From contig CM059432.1 of assembly GCA_030390025.1 (NCBI GenBank), positions 93,684,001-93,748,000 on the forward strand: a DNA stretch of 64,000 nt. Reading direction: 5' to 3'. The stretch is from Squalus acanthias. Taxonomy: Eukaryota. The position numbers were made by a program, and so were the translations under genes. Every line of letters begins with the position of its first letter. Within the stretch, counting starts at the first letter, position 1. Positions 11,610 to 25,190 of the stretch are shown one piece after another. The notes under the pieces are model-generated. The model was not told the DNA's origin, made no database searches, and saw nothing but the letters and a program-made list of their open reading frames with translations.

Positions 11610-14281
11610 ATGGCTCCAGGGTGACCAAGGCTGGGAATTCAACATCCAGGGGTATTCAATATTCAGGAAGGACAGGCAAAAAGGAAAAGGAGGTGGGGTA
11701 GCATTGCTGGTTAAAGAAGAGATTAACACAATAGCAAGGAAGGATATTAGCTCTGATGTTGTGGAATCTGTATGGGTAGAGCTGAGAAATACCAAGGGGC
11801 AGAAAACGTTAGTGGGAGTTGTATACAGACCCCCAAACAGTAATGCTGAGGTTGGGGATGGCATTAAACGGGTAATTAGAGATGCGTGCAATAAGGGCAC
11901 AGCAGTCATCATGGGTGATTTCAATCTACATATAGATTGGGCTATCTAAGTTAGTAACAATACTGTGGAGGAGGAATTCCTAGAGTATATACGGGATGGT
12001 TTCCTGGACCAATATGTCGAGGAACCAACTAGAGATCAGGCCATCTTAGACTGGGTATTATGTAATGAGAAAGGATTAATTAGCAACCTTGTTGTGTGAG
12101 GCCCCTTGGGGAGGAGCGATCATAATATGATAGAATTCTTCATTAAGATGGAGAGTGAAGTAGTTGACTCAGAGACTGCGATCCTGAATTTAAATAAAGG
12201 AAACTACGATGGTATGAGGCGCGAGTTAGCTAGGATGGATTGGGGAGCGTTACTTAAAGGGTTGACGGTGGATAGGCAATGGTGAAGATTTAAAGATCGC
12301 ATGGATGAACTACAGAATTTGTTCATCCCTGTTTGGCATAAAAATAAAACAAAAAAGGTGACTCAACCGTGGCTAACAAGGGAAATTGGGGATAGCATAA
12401 GATCCAAGGAGAGGACATATAAATTGGCCAGAAAAAGCAGCAAACCTGAGGATTGGGAGCAGTTTAGGATTCAACAAAGGAGGACAAAGGGATTAATAGA
12501 ATATGAGATTAAGCTTTCAGGGAACATAAAAACTAACTGTAAAAGCTTCTATAGATATGTGAAGAGAAAAAGATTGGTGAAGTCAAGCGTAGGTCCTTTG
12601 CAGTCAGAATCAGGGGAATTTATAACGGGGAACAAAGAAATGGCAGACCAATTAAATACATACTTTGGTTCTGTCTTCACAAAGGAGGACACAAATAACC
12701 TCCCAGAGATGTCGGGGAACATAGGGTCTAATGAGAGGGAGGAATTGAATGAAATCAGTATTTGTAGGGAAATGGTGTTAGGGAAATTGATGGGATTGAA
12801 GTCCGATAAATCCCCAGGGCCTGATAATCTACATCCTAGGGTACTTAAGGAAGTGGCCCTAGAAATAGTAGATGCATTGCTGATCATCTTCCAAAATTCT
12901 ATAGACTGGATTGGAGGGTAGCTAATGTAACCCCACTATTTAAAAAAGGTGGTAGAGAGAAAAACAGGGAATTATAGATCGGTAAGCCTGACATTGGTAG
13001 TGGGGAAAAGGTAAATCATGCTTGACTAATCTACTGGAATTTTTTGAGGATGTACTGTTAGAATAGATAAGGGAGAACCAGTGGATGTGGTGTATTTGGA
13101 CTTTTGATAAGGTCCCGCATAAGAGATTGGCGTGCAAAGTTAAAGCACATGGGATTGGGGGTAAGGTACTGACTTGGATAGAGAACTGGTTGGCAGACAG
13201 GAAGCAAAGAGTTGGAATAAACGGGTCTTTTTCCGAGTGGCAGGCAGTGACTAGTTGCATACCGCAGGGATCGGTCCTTGGACCCCAGCTATTCACAATA
13301 TATATTAATGATCTAGACAAGGGAACTAGATGTAATATCTCCAAGTTTGCAGACGACACAAAGCTGGGTGGGCATGTGTGCTGTGAGGAGGATACAGAGA
13401 AACTTCAGTATGATTTGGACAGGTTGGGTAATTGGGCAGATGCATGACTGATGCAGTATAATGTGGATAAATGCGAGGTTATCCACTTTGGTGGCAAAAT
13501 CAGGAAGGCAGATTATTATCTGTACGGCAATAGATTGGGAAAAGGGGAAGTGCAACGAGACCTGGGTGTCCTTGTGCACCAGTCGCTGAAGGTAAGTATG
13601 CAGATGTAGCAGGCGGTTAAGAAGGCAAATGGTATGTTGGCCTTCATAGCGAGAGGATTTGAGTACAGGAGCAAGGATGTCTTGCTGCAGTTGTACAGGG
13701 CCTTGGTGAGACCACACCTTGAGTATTGTGTGCAGTTTTGGTCGCCTTATCTGAGAAAGGATGTTCTTGCCATGGAGGGAGTGCAACGAAGATTCACCAG
13801 ACTGATACCTGGGATGGCAGGAATGACATATGAAGAGAGATTGGGTCGATTAGGCTTATATTCGCTAGAGTTTAGAAGAATGAGAGGGGATCTCATTGAA
13901 ACTATAAAATTCTAACAGGACTAGACAGACTAGATGCAGGAAGGATGTTCCCGATGGCAGGGGAGTCCAGAACCAGAGGTCACAGTCTAAGGATAAGGGG
14001 TAAGCCATTTAGGACTGAGATGAGGAGGAATTTCTTCACCCAGAGAGTGGTGAACCTGTGGAATTCTCTACCACAGAAGGCAGTTGAGGCCAATTCATTA
14101 AATATATTCAAGAAGGAGTTAGATATATTTCTTAAGTCTAAAGGGACCAAGGGATATGGGGAGAAAGCAAGGACAGGGTACTGAATTTGGATGATCAGCC
14201 ATGATCACATTGAATGGCGGAGCAGGCTCGAGGGGCCAAATGGCCTACTCCTGCTCCTATCTTCTATGTTTCTATGTTTCT
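11610..14281 (+). mobile_element. 5'-truncated, degenerate CR1 LINE inserted in Tx1 ORF2
   Basis: APE (TWLQGDQGW..GDFN) through RT, with several stops; TTTCTATG tail. Removing it rejoins Tx1 IQKKL|VDF. Confidence 0.92.
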
Positions 14282-16561
14282 AAGCTTCTTCTGTATCTTA
14301 GCGATAAACTCAGGGGGAGATATCAAAGTGACCAACAGTATACCACAGTATAGCGACCACCAGTTGATTTATGACCAGCGCTTGACCCCTGTAGGACAGC
14401 ACTTGGAGCAATCCTGTCCATCGCCCTAGATCAGCGGTGACTTTGGCCTCCAGCTCTTGCCAGTTCACCGGCCAGGCTTCCTCAGCAGGGCTACGGTAGA
14501 CTCCCAGGTAGAGGAGATGAGTGGTGCTCCAGGCAAAAGGCCTGAGCTCCTCCGGCAGGCGGTCCACCCGCCACTGACCCACCAGGAGTCCAGAACATTT
14601 CTCCCAGTTGATCTTCGCAGAGGACACGGAAGAGATGACGTGCTGGCACTCACACATCCTCTATAAGTCAACAGGATCTGTGACCATGAGGAGCACGTCA
14701 TCAGCATAAGCCGAGAGGACAACCTCCACGCCTGGCCCTTGCAGAGCCAATCCCGTCAAGCTCTTCCGCAAAAGGCGCGGGAAAGGCTCCACGCAGATGG
14801 CATATAACTGGTCTGACAAGGGGCATCCCTGATGCACCCTCGCCCGAAGCAAAGGGGTGCCGTCAAAGACCCGTTAACCTTAATCAGACACTCCACAGAG
14901 ACGTACAGAAGTCGGATCCAGGCGACGAAATGTGTCCCGAACCTGAATGAGCGCAGAGTCCCGAAGAGGTACTCGTGATCCACCCTGTCGAACGTTTTCT
15001 CTTGATCCAGGGAAAGGAAGGCAACCGATAGACCAGCCCTCTGGGAATAGTGGACCAGGTCCTGGACCAGATGGATGTATTCGTGGATGGTCCGGCCCGG
15101 GACCGTGTAGGACTGGTCGGGGTGGATCGTGTGGGCCAGCACGGTGTCAAGGCGAGCAGACGTTACCCTGGCAAAGATCTTGTAGTCCGTGCCGAGGAGG
15201 GAGACCGGGCGCCAGTTCTTAGGTAGGAAGAGATCACTCCTCTTAGGCAGCAGGATGATGATTGCCCTGCACTAAGAGAGGGGCATCTCCCCGGTCGCCA
15301 GACTTTCCCCCAGGACCCGCGCGTAGTCACCTCCCAGGACGTCCCAGAACACCCTGTGGAACTCCACGGTCAACCCGTCGAACCCCAGGGACTTGCCCCT
15401 CGAGAGCTGGCTGTGGGTACCAGTCAGCTCCGCCAGGCTTAGCAGAGCATCAAGCTGTTCGGTGCCCTCCGGGCTGACCTTTGGCAGGTCCTCCCACAAA
15501 CCTCTGCGAGCATCCTTGCTGGACGGATCCGGAGAGAACAGAGCCCTGTAATAGACACAGGCCTTGGCACTGATGCCCTCCGGATTTGAGACCAAGGATC
15601 CGTCATCAGCCAGCAGCCCCAAGAGCTGCTTGAGGACCACCTGCCTTTTTTCCAGCGAGTAGAAGAAGGGGGAGCCGTGGTCCAGGTCTTGAAGGAACTG
15701 GATCTGCGACCTGATGTACGCACCTCGGGACCCGACCAGCTGCAGGTCCTTCAGCGCGCCCCTCTTATCTTCGTACACCTTCCACAGGGCCAGGTCTTCG
15801 ATAACTTGACCGAGACGGGACTCCAGGTCGAGCACCTCCTTCTCCAACCGCCCAACCTGGGCCTTCTGTCTTTTGGTCGACCCCCTCGCATACTCCTGAC
15901 AGAAGAGACGGACGTGAGCCTTGCCCACATCCCACCATAGCCACAAGGTGGTGACCCAAGCACAGCACCGGCCGCATGGAAGCCGCCAGAACGCGGGAGA
16001 CGTAAGCCCGGGAAATGTAAAGGCGGTCGTTTCTGGACCTTCCTCCTCCAGACTTCATGTGAGTGAAGGTGCTGGAGTCGGGATGGAGATTTCGCCAGAC
16101 GTCCACCAAGTCAAAGGACCCGACTAGATCCCTCAACTTCCTCATCGCCACCATGCTGCACCAGAGCGGTCCTTCGCCTCGAGGGTGCAGTTGAAATCCA
16201 CCCCCCCACCGAGGATAATGCATCCGCTGGAGTCGATGGAGCCTAAAAGAGTGGGCACTTCTTCAAAGAAGCGCACTTGCTGCGCACCGGTCCGGGGAGC
16301 GTACACGTTCACTAGGTGGAGCGGCACATCCCCTAGGCCAACAGTGAGATGGAGCAAGCGGCCTGGCACTGGCTCCTTGACCCTCAAGATCTTCAGCCGA
16401 AAATGTGGGGCAGCAAGATAGCAAGAAGTGGTAGCGAGGTGGCTCATGCAGATCTCCCCTTGCCATTTCAGGAGCCACGTAGCCTCATCTCCCTGAATGG
16501 TGTGGGTTTCCTGCAGGAAGCACACTACATACTTCCCTTCCTTAAGAACCGAGAAGTTAAT

Positions 16562-17303
16562 GGCCCGAAAATTAGACCTAATACGCGAGAGTACGCACTG
16601 TGTACTCTCACGTTTTAGGTCTCCAATTGTCGGTTTCCAGCATGCACTGCGCATGCGCGGGAAACCGGCACTTCGTGAACTCAAAAGGGGGCGGTTCCTA
16701 AGTGAACCGCGTGCGCGCTACAGGCTGCGCGCACGCAGTGCACTTAGTGCTTTGAACGCGCAGGTAAGCATGGAAGATTTTACACATAAAGAAAGGAGGC
16801 GTAAGACCCTCTTTTAACAAGGTAAGTAGTTAATTAAGTATTATTTTAAAAATTTTTCATCAGGTTTATCTTTTTTAGAGACTTTAAAGAAAGGTAAGTT
16901 TATTTTTATAACTTTTAAAAAGATTTAAAAATTTTTCAAAAAATTAAATTTTTGTTTAAAGTGGTTAATTTATTTAACTATAGTTATTTTATTAATGTGA
17001 TGGTTTTTTTTAAATTTAATTGAGGTTTAGCTGTTCTTTTGGGGGTAAGTTGTATTCATAGCATTGACAGTTCTCCTGTCAAAACTATGAATGAAAGATG
17101 GTGTGCTGCCATTGGCTCTAACTGAATCACGTGATCCCAGAGCTCGCACGAACTAACTGCGTCTGTGGGTCACGCAAGCACTGCACAGCTGCAGCCTTGA
17201 AACTAAAGTTCGTGTGGGCCCGGAGGGAAATGGTAGGCGCGCAGTGAGATATCGCGGGGAAGCCTTACCCCCGCTGGAACGCTCAGTGTTTAATTTCTGG
17301 GCC
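16562..17303. mobile_element. Non-autonomous Harbinger-type element (MITE), structured family, copy 1
   Basis: TIRs GGCCCGAAAATT and AATTTCTGGGCC; AAT TSD (16559-16561, 17304-17306). Removing the element and one TSD restores the Tx1 ORF2 frame (..RCRVINFSVLKEG..). Confidence 0.92.
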
Positions 17304-17695
17304 AATAACTCTGCAGCGTGTCTCTCTGCTGCCGTTGATGTTAAGGCTGGCTATGGTTACCTTCATGACAAGAGCATAGTGCAACCTCTACTTAACCCTA
17401 CTGTGGGGAGCGGAGTCTCTTGTTACCCTCCACTCCCTCTGCAGCCCAGTGAGGATCGTCTTGAGCTGGCGCAGCTCGTGGTGGCTCACGGCCTTGCCCA
17501 CGCTCAGGCTCTTAGCAGCGGAGCAGACGGACCTGATGAGCAGCGCCAGCTCCGACCATGTCTAGGGCCAGCTGTACTTTATTGCGACGACCCAGGCAAC
17601 CGACCAGAAAATCCTGGAGCTCCTCAAAGGGAATGAGGGGAGCTTCGGTAGGGAACACGAGGATATCCACAACCTCACTGGTGATGGACTCCAAA

Positions 17696-19244
17696 AGAGT
17701 ACTTAAAGAGGTAGCCATGGAAATAATGGATGCATTGGTTGTCATCTTCCAAAATTCTATAGATTATGGAACAGTTCCTGCAGATTGGAGAGTGGCAAAT
17801 GTAACCCCACTATTTAAAAAAGGAGGGAGAGAGAAAACAGGGAACTACAGACCGGCTAGCCTAACATCAGTAGTAGGAAAATGCTAGAGTCTATTATAAA
17901 GGATGTGATAACAGGACACTTAGAAAATATCAACGGGATTAGACAAAGTCAACATGGATTTATGAAAGGGAAATCGTGTTTGACAAACCTATTGGAGTTT
18001 TTTGAGGATGTAACTGGTAGAATAGATAAGGGAGAACCAGTGGATGTGGTGTATTTGGATTTTCAGAAGGCCTTTGATAAAGTCCCACATAAGAGGCTAG
18101 TGTGCAAAATTAAAGCACATGGTATTGGGGGTAATATACTGGCATGGATTGAAAATTGGTTAACAGACAGGAAACAGAGAGTAGGAATAAATGGGTCTTT
18201 TTTGGGGTGGCAGGCGGTGACTAGTGGGGTACCGCAGGGATCGGTGCTTGGGCCCCAGCTATTCACAATATATATCAATGATTTGGATGAGGGAACCAAA
18301 TGTAATATTTCCAAGTTTGCTGACGACATGAAACTAGGTGGGATTGTGAGTTGTGAGGAGGATGCAAAGAGGTTTCAAGGTGATTTAGACAAATTGAGTG
18401 AGTGGGCAAGTACATGGCAGATGCAGTATAACGTGGATAAATGTGAAATTATCCACTTCGGTAGGAAAAACAGAAAGGCAGAGTATTATTTAAATGGTGA
18501 TAGATTGGGAAATGTTGATGTACAAAGGGACCTGGGTGTCCTTGTACACCAGTCACTGAAAGCAAACATACAGGTGCAGCAAGCAGTTAGGAAGGCAAAT
18601 GATATGTTGGCCTTCATTGCAAGAGGATTTGAGTACAGGAGCAAGGATGTCTTACTACAGTTATACAGGGCCTTGGTGAGACCACACCTGGAGTACTGTG
18701 TGCAGTTTTGGTCTCCTTACCTAAGAAAGGATATACTTGCCATAGAGGGAGTGCAGCGAAGGTTCACCAGACTGATTCCTGGGAAGGCAGGACTGTCATA
18801 TGAGGAGAGATTGGGTCGACTAGGCCTGTATTCACTAGAGTTTAGAAGAATGAGAGGGGATCTCATTGAAACGTATAAAATTCTGACTGGGCTAGACAGA
18901 CTGGATGCTGGGAGGATGTTTCCCCTGGCTGGGGGCTCTAGAACTAGGGGTCACAGTCTCAGGATATGGGTTAGGATATTTAGGACTGAGATGAGGAGAA
19001 ATTTCCTCACTCAGAGGGTGGTGAACCTGTGGAATTCTCTACCACAGAAGGCTGTGGAGGCCAAGTCACTGAATATATTTAAGAAGGAGATAGGTAGATT
19101 TCTAGACGCAAAAGGCGTCAAGGGGTATGGGGAGAGAGCGGGAATATGGTATTGAGACAGAGGATCAGCCATGATCATATTGAATGGTGGAGCAGGCTTG
19201 AAGGGCCGAATGGCCTACTCCTGCTCCTATTTTTCTATGTTTCT
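17696..19244 (+). mobile_element. 5'-truncated CR1 LINE inserted in Tx1 ORF1; RT nearly intact
   Basis: 424-aa ORF 17881-19155 with [14 protein letters not shown] and FADD; TTTCTATG tail. Flanks rejoin as Tx1 GDN|LES. Confidence 0.93.
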
Positions 19245-21963
19245 AATTGTCCCCACTGCCCTCCACCGAGTCGCCGTCCTCCGCCAGCGGCTGACCTGCG
19301 TACCGCACAGTGAATTTCTCGGCCGCAGCAGCCGGTCCCACCTCTGACACGATCCCACCCCCCAGGATCGACGGCAGAGGAATCCTCCCTGGGCTCCTCT
19401 GGGGGGCCTCGGTCGGAGGGCGGTAGCAGTTCAGGGCCTCCCTCTGCCTCAGGCACCGGGCCGTATGGTGAAACCGGGGAAAGAACCATCCCAAGTTCCC
19501 CCAACACACCCGGCACAAAGGTGAGAGATGGAGAAGGAGGGGCATCCCTTTACCCGCTGCCACCCACTGACCCAACAGGCAGGGGGTTTCTATTAAAATC
19601 ATCGACCAGGGGGATGTCAGGGTATGGCTGGGCGAGCTTAAAGTCACCAGCTTCGCCCACCCCAGCCTCCAGGATGCCCGACCCAGCGACGAGTGACGGT
19701 GTTATTTTGGGCGGATCTGTGGCCCTCCCCATGGGTAGGGTTTCCTTCCCACCCCCGGGAGGCACAGACTGGACAGATGGATCTGTCTCACCCTCCCGAA
19801 GGATGGGCGACTCCCGCTGACTGTGCGTGTTGGTGGTTGGGGGGGGGGGGGGGGGGCCGCAGGACCCGTGACGGGCGCCTTCTCCTCTTCCACGGAGGGA
19901 CATGGGTCCTCCTCCGTTTCCAAGGAGTGGCGCCTTTGTCTCTTCCTCCCGGAGGGGTGCAGAAGGAGGGAGACCTTCATGTCAGCAGAGGTGTCCACCT
20001 CCACATCCTCCTTCTCTTCCTGGCTCCCGATCCCGAGCCTGACCACGGGTGCAAGTTTTCCACAGAAGCGGGCACGATCGTGGGCTCGGGCACGGGATCG
20101 CTTGCTGGCACAGGATCCCGATTGAGTGTGGCTATGGGACCGTATGCACTCTCCGGGGAACTCGGCCCGAGATGTTTAGTATTCCTCCGTGCCTTTATTC
20201 TGCGCGGATGCTCTCCGATGCTCTCCCCCCTCCCCGCCAGAGGCTACGATGACATTGGCCTCCGACGTTGACCGCGCATTTGGTGTTACTGGCGCTGGGA
20301 CGGGTGCAGTGGCGGTGCTAGGGCCAGCCTTGGCCACCTTAGTTGTTTTGGTGGCCTTGGAGGCATAGCAGTTTTTACATACATGGCCCATCTCCCTGCA
20401 GGCGTGACACCGCACATCGTCTGATGTCCAGAAGACGTGTTAGGAAGTCCCCTGGTGGTTAACTATGAATCCACCCTCTGTGTCCTCCTCCCTCGCCAGC
20501 TGAACGTAAAGCTGGCGCCGGAAGGAGAAGACATGATGGAGTCTGGCCTCCCTGAAGCCAAGCGGGATCGGCGCTATCCCCGACCTCACCTCCCCCAGTT
20601 GATGTAGATGGGGGAGGAGGAGCTCACTGGGGATAAAGGGCAGGACATTGGATAAAACAATTCGCTGCGCGGTGGCCTCGAGAGAATTCACCGGCAGGAA
20701 GGTCCTGCCCATCGTGAGCCCCGCTCAGACCTCAGGATGAACGCAACCTTTCTCTACCTTTTCAAGGCAGCAATGATGGCTAAATGGCCGACACCCCAGC
20801 CATGGCTTTGACGCACGCCTCGATGGTCATGTTGGGGTGAGTGTAGCTCTTTACCCCATGTTCTTTGGTGATAAGGGTGAAAGGTGACAGGGCAGCAGGA
20901 GCATCTCTAGCTGCCATGCCCGCATATGTCCTTGCTTGCCCCTTCACCGTTGAAGATGGAGTCGCCAATGCTGTTAATTAAGGGCTACACTCACCCCAGG
21001 TTTTAGGCCTGAAATTAATATGGGCTTTCTTTCAAACAGAGGGGTTTTAGAAAAAAAAGGAAAAAACGCATCTCCCACTGTGATGCCAGGATGGGAGAGG
21101 CGCCTTCTCATCTCTGCTCAAAAAAGGTAAAGGAAACAACAATAATAACAAAGGGAGAGGTTGCCTCTCAAGAGTGAGAGAGGGAAGGAAGGAGGGAGGC
21201 TGCAGAGGTGGGGTCACCACTCAAAACGGGCCTCGATGGGTGGGTGTGTTGCAGGGGTGCACTTTCCAGTTGTTAAATACAAGTCTTTAGGATCTTCCTG
21301 GTAGGGGGAGGGGATGTCTTCACTGGGACAGCTGAAACTGCCCAGGCACAGTCCTCCACCAAGTCTTGTTAATGGGAATAGAAAGAAAAAACTTCACCCA
21401 GGCAGCTTCAGCTGTCCCAGGCCAGGCAATTGGAGGGCGGTGGGGGGGGGGGGGGGGCGGGAGCGGGGTAGCAGTATTTATAAGTGTGTGCAGCCTAGTT
21501 GATCACACACATACACCCACACCCACACCCCTCACGATCTTTCAGCCTTTATCTTCTCTCCTCCCCCCACCTACAGGTAATAGTCTTGCAGAGAAAGTGC
21601 GCCAACACCCACCTTACGTTGATCTTTGGTTGGTAGTCGTCTCCCTGCTTCCAAGTAAATGCTATTTTCTTCCGGTTGTTGTAGAAGTTGTAGTTGTGGT
21701 TCTCCCTCACTCTCCCTCTCCTAATACAGAAAGCAAGCAAGCAAATTGCTCCCCTTCGCTCTACTCTCCAGCAGAGCCAGTAGAAATACTAAAGCCTAGT
21801 CTTTGGAAGCCTTTATTCACAGAGACACACAGTACATACTGCGCGCCACCACCCTTCCACCAACCACCCCCCCCCCCCACCCCACCCACCCCCCACACCC
21901 CCAACATCAGTTCCTCTTCTATTTCTATAGATGGCCTGGCCCCAAGAATCAGGTACAACATAC

Positions 21964-22102
21964 AGTCTCAGTTGAACGAGTCAGCAGGTCAATCACTCCA
22001 GCTGTTACAACCACCTCGCTGGTCCACGGTTCTGTCATGTTTAGCTAGGATATGTGGAGCTGTTCCAGCAATAATTTTAAATTACTCCACGAAACAGAGT
22101 AA
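21964..22102 (-). pseudogene. Candidate internal exon of the unidentified disrupted gene
   Basis: TGTTTTACAG acceptor and GTATGT donor; frame YSVSWSNLKLLLEQLHIS*LNMTEPWTSEVVVTAGVIDLLTRSTET, with TAG at 22047-22045. Confidence 0.5.
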
Positions 22103-22878
22103 CTGTAAAACATTTTCAAAACTACTACTTCAATTGCAAAGTATGAGACTACACAATTATCATGATCTTGGTTATAGTCAGGTATATTCAAAGTAAAGTT
22201 AGAGGACAAATTTTAAAAGCTTTATTTATATAAAAGGACTGATTCCCTAGTTGGGTGCTCCCAGCATGAAGCAGTGCTCACTGGGAAAGCAATCAGGAAA
22301 TTTTCTTCCTATTTAAATCAGTGGACGGAAAATCAGGCACTGTGGGCCCTCGACATCTTGACCTGTGCTCCCTGTGAGTTCCACCCCATGCTACGAATAT
22401 CTGATTGGGGAATCAGTCCTCATGTTTAGATTAGTATTTTCAAAAGAGAGGCTACATATGTATGTATGTATGAAAGAATAAAAAATCAGCCATTTCAAAC
22501 ATGACAGACTGTTTTGATTATACACCTATTGTAGCTGTTCTTTATGTTCAAATTACAAATATTCTGTAGACTTAGAAACATATCAAGCTGAGAGAGAGGC
22601 AGATAGAGGCCAAGACAGAGACAGTAAACAACATTTTCTGAGAGCCTACATCACTGATGCAGTGGTAGCTCACTGGAAGATTGCAGGTAGTGCTCCTGTA
22701 ATGTTCTGATCAGCGGCCACTGTGTGCAAGGTCCCAACAGTGGCACAGCGTCTCAGAACATTTCAACAGAAGGACAGAGAGAAAAAGACAGAAAATGTAT
22801 TTTCTTAATTTGAGTTTTTAAAGTGAATTTTGAAAATGTCTTTGAAAATTTATTGATAGCTAAAAAATGAAAACATTT

Positions 22879-24955
22879 GGGCCAGGAATTCCCATCTACC
22901 CTCTGCTGATTTTTTTGGGCAAAAGTGGGGTGAGTGGGTGGGGACAGAAAATGGATCTGGACTGTGTTCTGCCATGTCCCCATAACAGGGCCTGCTGGCA
23001 TACAATCTGCCTACCCATGTGTGGGTGGGAAGCAGACTGAAGCAGCGATATTTAAAGAGCTCCCCACCTCCATTAAGGTAAGTCTCTGGATAATTGTTTT
23101 TGGCTGCTGGGGATTTTGAGAGCTATTTGTTGACTGCTATGGCAGTTTCTGTTGCTAAAGAGCGTGGAGAGTTTATTTTTGGCTGCAGCTGCGCTGTTTT
23201 ACTTCATTGGCTGCAGGAAAAGAAGTGAATGTTGCTGGGATTACCATTGAGGCTGTCACATCAGCGGCAACAGCAGCACAAACATGTGAAGGCTCAAAGA
23301 AGAGGGTCAAGGAGGCCTTACAGCAGGCGGGTGCTTTACAGCAAGATGTCTTACATCAATATGGAGGAGCAGTGTAAGAAGAGGGTCCACTTCAGCAGGC
23401 AAGCAGTCATTGATCTATTGTAACAGGAATTGGAGCCAAATATCAGGACACACAAAACAGTGTGATGGACACAGTGGCCTTCAACTTCTATGCCATAGGC
23501 TCATTCCAGGCTGCAACAGGTGACATAGTAACATTAGTCAGTTTGCTGTCCATACGGTCATCAAGCAGTTGACGGATACCCTCTTCGTAAGGAGACAGCA
23601 ATACATCACCTTCCCCACAGAAGCTGCTGATTAGGAGAAGAGAGCTCTCGGATTTTCCCGTATGGCTAGGTTTCCCCAGGTGCAAAGTGCTATTGACTGT
23701 ACGCACGTTGCCCTGCTTTGTTCGTGTCAAGAATCATCCATTTTTTCCATCCATAACAGAAAGGGGTTCCACTCACTAACTGTTCAGCTGGTCTGTGACC
23801 ACAGGTAGCGAATAATGCATGTCTGTGCTTTTTTCCTGGCAGTAGTCATGATACCTTCAAACTGCGCCAGTCCTCGATACTCCCTGTCTTCGACCCAGAC
23901 CAGCAGGTGTCAGGCTGGCTCCTTGGAGATAGAGGGTATCTTGTCTACACCTGGCTCATGACTCCTGTCAGGAAACCGGCACAGGCCCTGAGCGTTGATA
24001 CAATGAGAGCCACACACAAACCAGAGCTTTAATTGAGCAATCTTTTGGTGTCCTCAAACAAAAGTTCCTGTGACCAGACCAATCCAGAGGAGTTCAGCAG
24101 TATAGCCCCAAGCGAGTCTCCAGATTTGTAATGGTTTACTGCATGCTGCACAGTCCTGCTATTCAGAGGGGCCGAGCCTTGCAGCTGCCGCAGAAGGAAG
24201 AAGTGGAGGAGAAAGATGAAGAGGGGGACGACCAAGGCTGAGCAATCCTGCCAGCTGTCAGAGCTGTAAGGCAACAAATTATTAAGGAGAGATTCTCCTA
24301 AGCAAACCCTCCTCCAGCACACAACAGTCCCACTATCTGACCCACTTCTTCCACCCACCTTCTGAATGTCCTCCAACACTACTACCTCATGGGTCTTCCT
24401 CTTACATAACTAAGAATATGAGGAACAACATCAATGCACAAAAAACTCTTTATTTAACATCCTGTACATTGTGGATTTAACAACCTTTCCTTCTCTTAAT
24501 ATTGAAATGAAATTACCTTAGTGAAATCCCGTAGTGCCTGGCAAATGTTAGTCCAGTGTTCCTATGAGATGGTTCCCTGGTCGCAAGAGCCTGGGAGGTG
24601 GAATGCTGCTGATCATCCACTGAGGGCACATGAGATGCCTGTGGTGCACGACCTCGAGCAGCTCTGGCTTTCGAGGGCCTGGCTGCAAACTGCTGTGTCT
24701 CGGTGTCAGCCGGAGCAGTCTGGGCCAGCTGGCTGTATGGGACCAATAAAGGCACTGGGTCAGAGACTGGCAGGGGAGCAGGCATGCTGTCATCCTGAGA
24801 GAGGACAGCATGAACCTCTCCCATGGAGCCAATGTCACTGTCATGGGGCTGCGCCTCTACACTCCCTCTGCTCTGCGTGAAAACAGAGTGAAGGAGTGTA
24901 GTAATGCTCTGGAAGTCCCTATCCATGCTCTCCACACTTCTATCTAAAAGCACTG
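22879..24955. mobile_element. Degraded Harbinger transposon, copy 2
   Basis: Left TIR GGGCCAGGAATT; fragmented transposase (+, ~23229-24300; AIDCTHV, WLLGDRGY); Myb-gene C-terminal remnant (-, 24513-24953; AVLSQDDSM). Confidence 0.85.
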
Positions 24956-24959
24956 TTGT

Positions 24960-25190
24960 ATATCAGTGGATTAGACACTGGGAACTGGGTTGAAATTCAG
25001 TTCAGACTGAAGGGATGAAAATCTCCTCAGTATGCCGGCTGCAAGAGTCCTTTGTGAAGTGAGTTTGGGCAGTCTTAATCCAGTTCCTAGTGGGAATGGG
25101 CCTACAGTACAAGACTATCCCTAATTCAGAAATTTCACTCAGAGAAACGACAGAATGGCTGGTGTGGGAAATAGAGAAATGTCACACGGG
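24960..25190 (+). mobile_element. LF-SINE-like ancient SINE fragment
   Basis: GTGAAGTGAGTTTGGGCAGTCTTAATCCAGTTCCTAGTGGG resembles my recollection of the LF-SINE core, preceded by degenerate tRNA A/B boxes. Not database-verified. Confidence 0.5.

Larger units (their letters stand above)
9280..21770 (-). mobile_element. Tx1-clade (L1 superfamily) non-LTR retrotransposon, near full length, split by three CR1s and one MITE
   Basis: ORF1 ~20968-17430 with CCHC knuckle CHACREMGHVCKNC. ORF2 from ATG 17366: MKVTIASLNING..LQETH (APE), LDQEKTFDRV, QGCPLS, AYADD (RT) and C-terminal CNFC..H. Stop near 9353; GTGCCCC/GGGGCAC 3' hairpin. Outer ends approximate. Confidence 0.9.

Noticed and set aside
11367..11924. 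185-aa hybrid ORF
   Set aside because: Antisense CR1 joined to Tx1 ORF2 at an insertion junction.
12940..13359. Recurrent [17 protein letters not shown] ORFs
   Set aside because: Antisense shadows of the CR1 RT frame.
21366..22196. 276-aa plus-strand ORF
   Set aside because: Low-complexity G/C tracts and antisense Tx1 5'UTR; no domain features.
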